This document shows, piece by piece, positions 63,060-64,000 of a DNA stretch of 64,000 nt. The stretch spans positions 2,790,001-2,854,000 of the forward strand of contig CP110439.1 in assembly GCA_026914245.1 (NCBI GenBank), written 5' to 3'. The DNA is from Puccinia triticina. Taxonomy: Eukaryota. The translations under genes and the position numbers were made by a program. The notes under the pieces are model-generated. The model saw only the letters and a list, made by a program, of their open reading frames with translations, ran no database searches and was not told the DNA's origin. The first letter of the stretch is position 1. Every line of letters begins with the position of its first letter.

Positions 63060-64000
63060 CTAAATAGATGTATCGGGCCTTAACAGACCACCTGACTCTG
63101 GGTCAGATGGAGTTAAATATATGATATTGTTCCGAGTTGTGTCTATCGATACCCCCCGTTGATGGATGGATTCCTGAACCCTTTCTTGAGCTTTCTTGCC
63201 ATTCACCAAGTCTATCCCAGTATACTGGATGCGTGATTGCTTACACCATCGGCCTTTGTTGCATATAAGAACGCTGTGTGTAATTTGGTTGGGCGAGATG
63301 GATATCAATGTTGATCACCTGAAGCCTTTGTGGTTCTTGATATGCTAAGTGCTACATTGGTAGTGGTAGGTAAAGGGCTGATTTCGAAACAAAGGGATTT
63401 TTCCCGATGTACTTCGTCGTGGGTGCGCCTACAATGAGCCTTATGACATGTGTTCCGGTGATGTCCCGTCTGAACGGTTACCTTGAACCAGTTACCATAA
63501 TCGTATTTTGGGAGGTTGTCGGGCGGGTTTTAGCAGTCAAGGCATATTTGAGTCTAGAGAATTCCTTTTGTTTTCCTGGTACAACTCTTCGGCTCAGGCG
63601 ATCCATCCCAGTCATTCTAGACGGAATTATCCATCGAAGGGAATATTAATTCATTTAGCTGGAACCCTTTTACCCAAGTGCCCCCGGACTAAGAGACATA
63701 GGAATTTGTCGTTGTCGACTCTCGATTCCCTTCCTCCAAAATCCAACCCACGGCCAGTCATTATAACATCTCGACCACTGGCAGTGCTGTTATCTTTCCG
63801 CATATTCCACTCAAGCCAGTTTATACCTTGGTGACTTGACGAGTCTTTCTTCCAACCAACGCCTTCGTTCAAAACAGCCGTTGCCTAAATCCCAATCCCA
63901 AACTTGACCTACAATGAGCTGCCGTCCTGTTTCGCGCACCCGACTGCATGTCCTATACACCACCCCACTCCTACTAGGCGTGATATGTCTCATCTTGATT
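63060..64000 (-). other. Probable 3' part of a spliced host gene running off the window, product unknown
   Basis: Non-repetitive CpG-retaining DNA with short minus-strand open frames. No recognisable domain. Confidence 0.25.

Overview
Eukaryotic, transposon-dominated DNA, most likely a rust fungus (Pucciniales, Puccinia-like). This is inferred from short GT-AG introns, basidiomycete-type prefoldin and MYG1 proteins, and CpG/TpCpG decay of repeats. Confident host genes are few: a head-to-head pair (prefoldin subunit 3 and MYG1, 41.1-44.3 kb) and an intron-containing tRNA-Gly(GCC). Most of the rest resolves into nested mobile elements with readable ends and target-site duplications (TSDs). These include a MULE with an OTU-like domain plus its foldback and mini-MITE relatives, a second MULE/SWIM transposase inside TA-flanked CACCAC ends, Tourist and CACTA-type MITEs, a Copia element, a chromovirus remnant and several solo LTRs. 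The most notable items are a 355-bp miniature LTR element whose identical LTRs each carry a tRNA-like gene, a second tRNA-bearing LTR family, LTRs with 4-bp CpG-centred TSDs, four DNA elements with 7-bp TSDs, one palindromic minisatellite shared by several transposon superfamilies, and a possible non-AUG mitochondrial extension of MYG1. All calls were made by eye with no database search.
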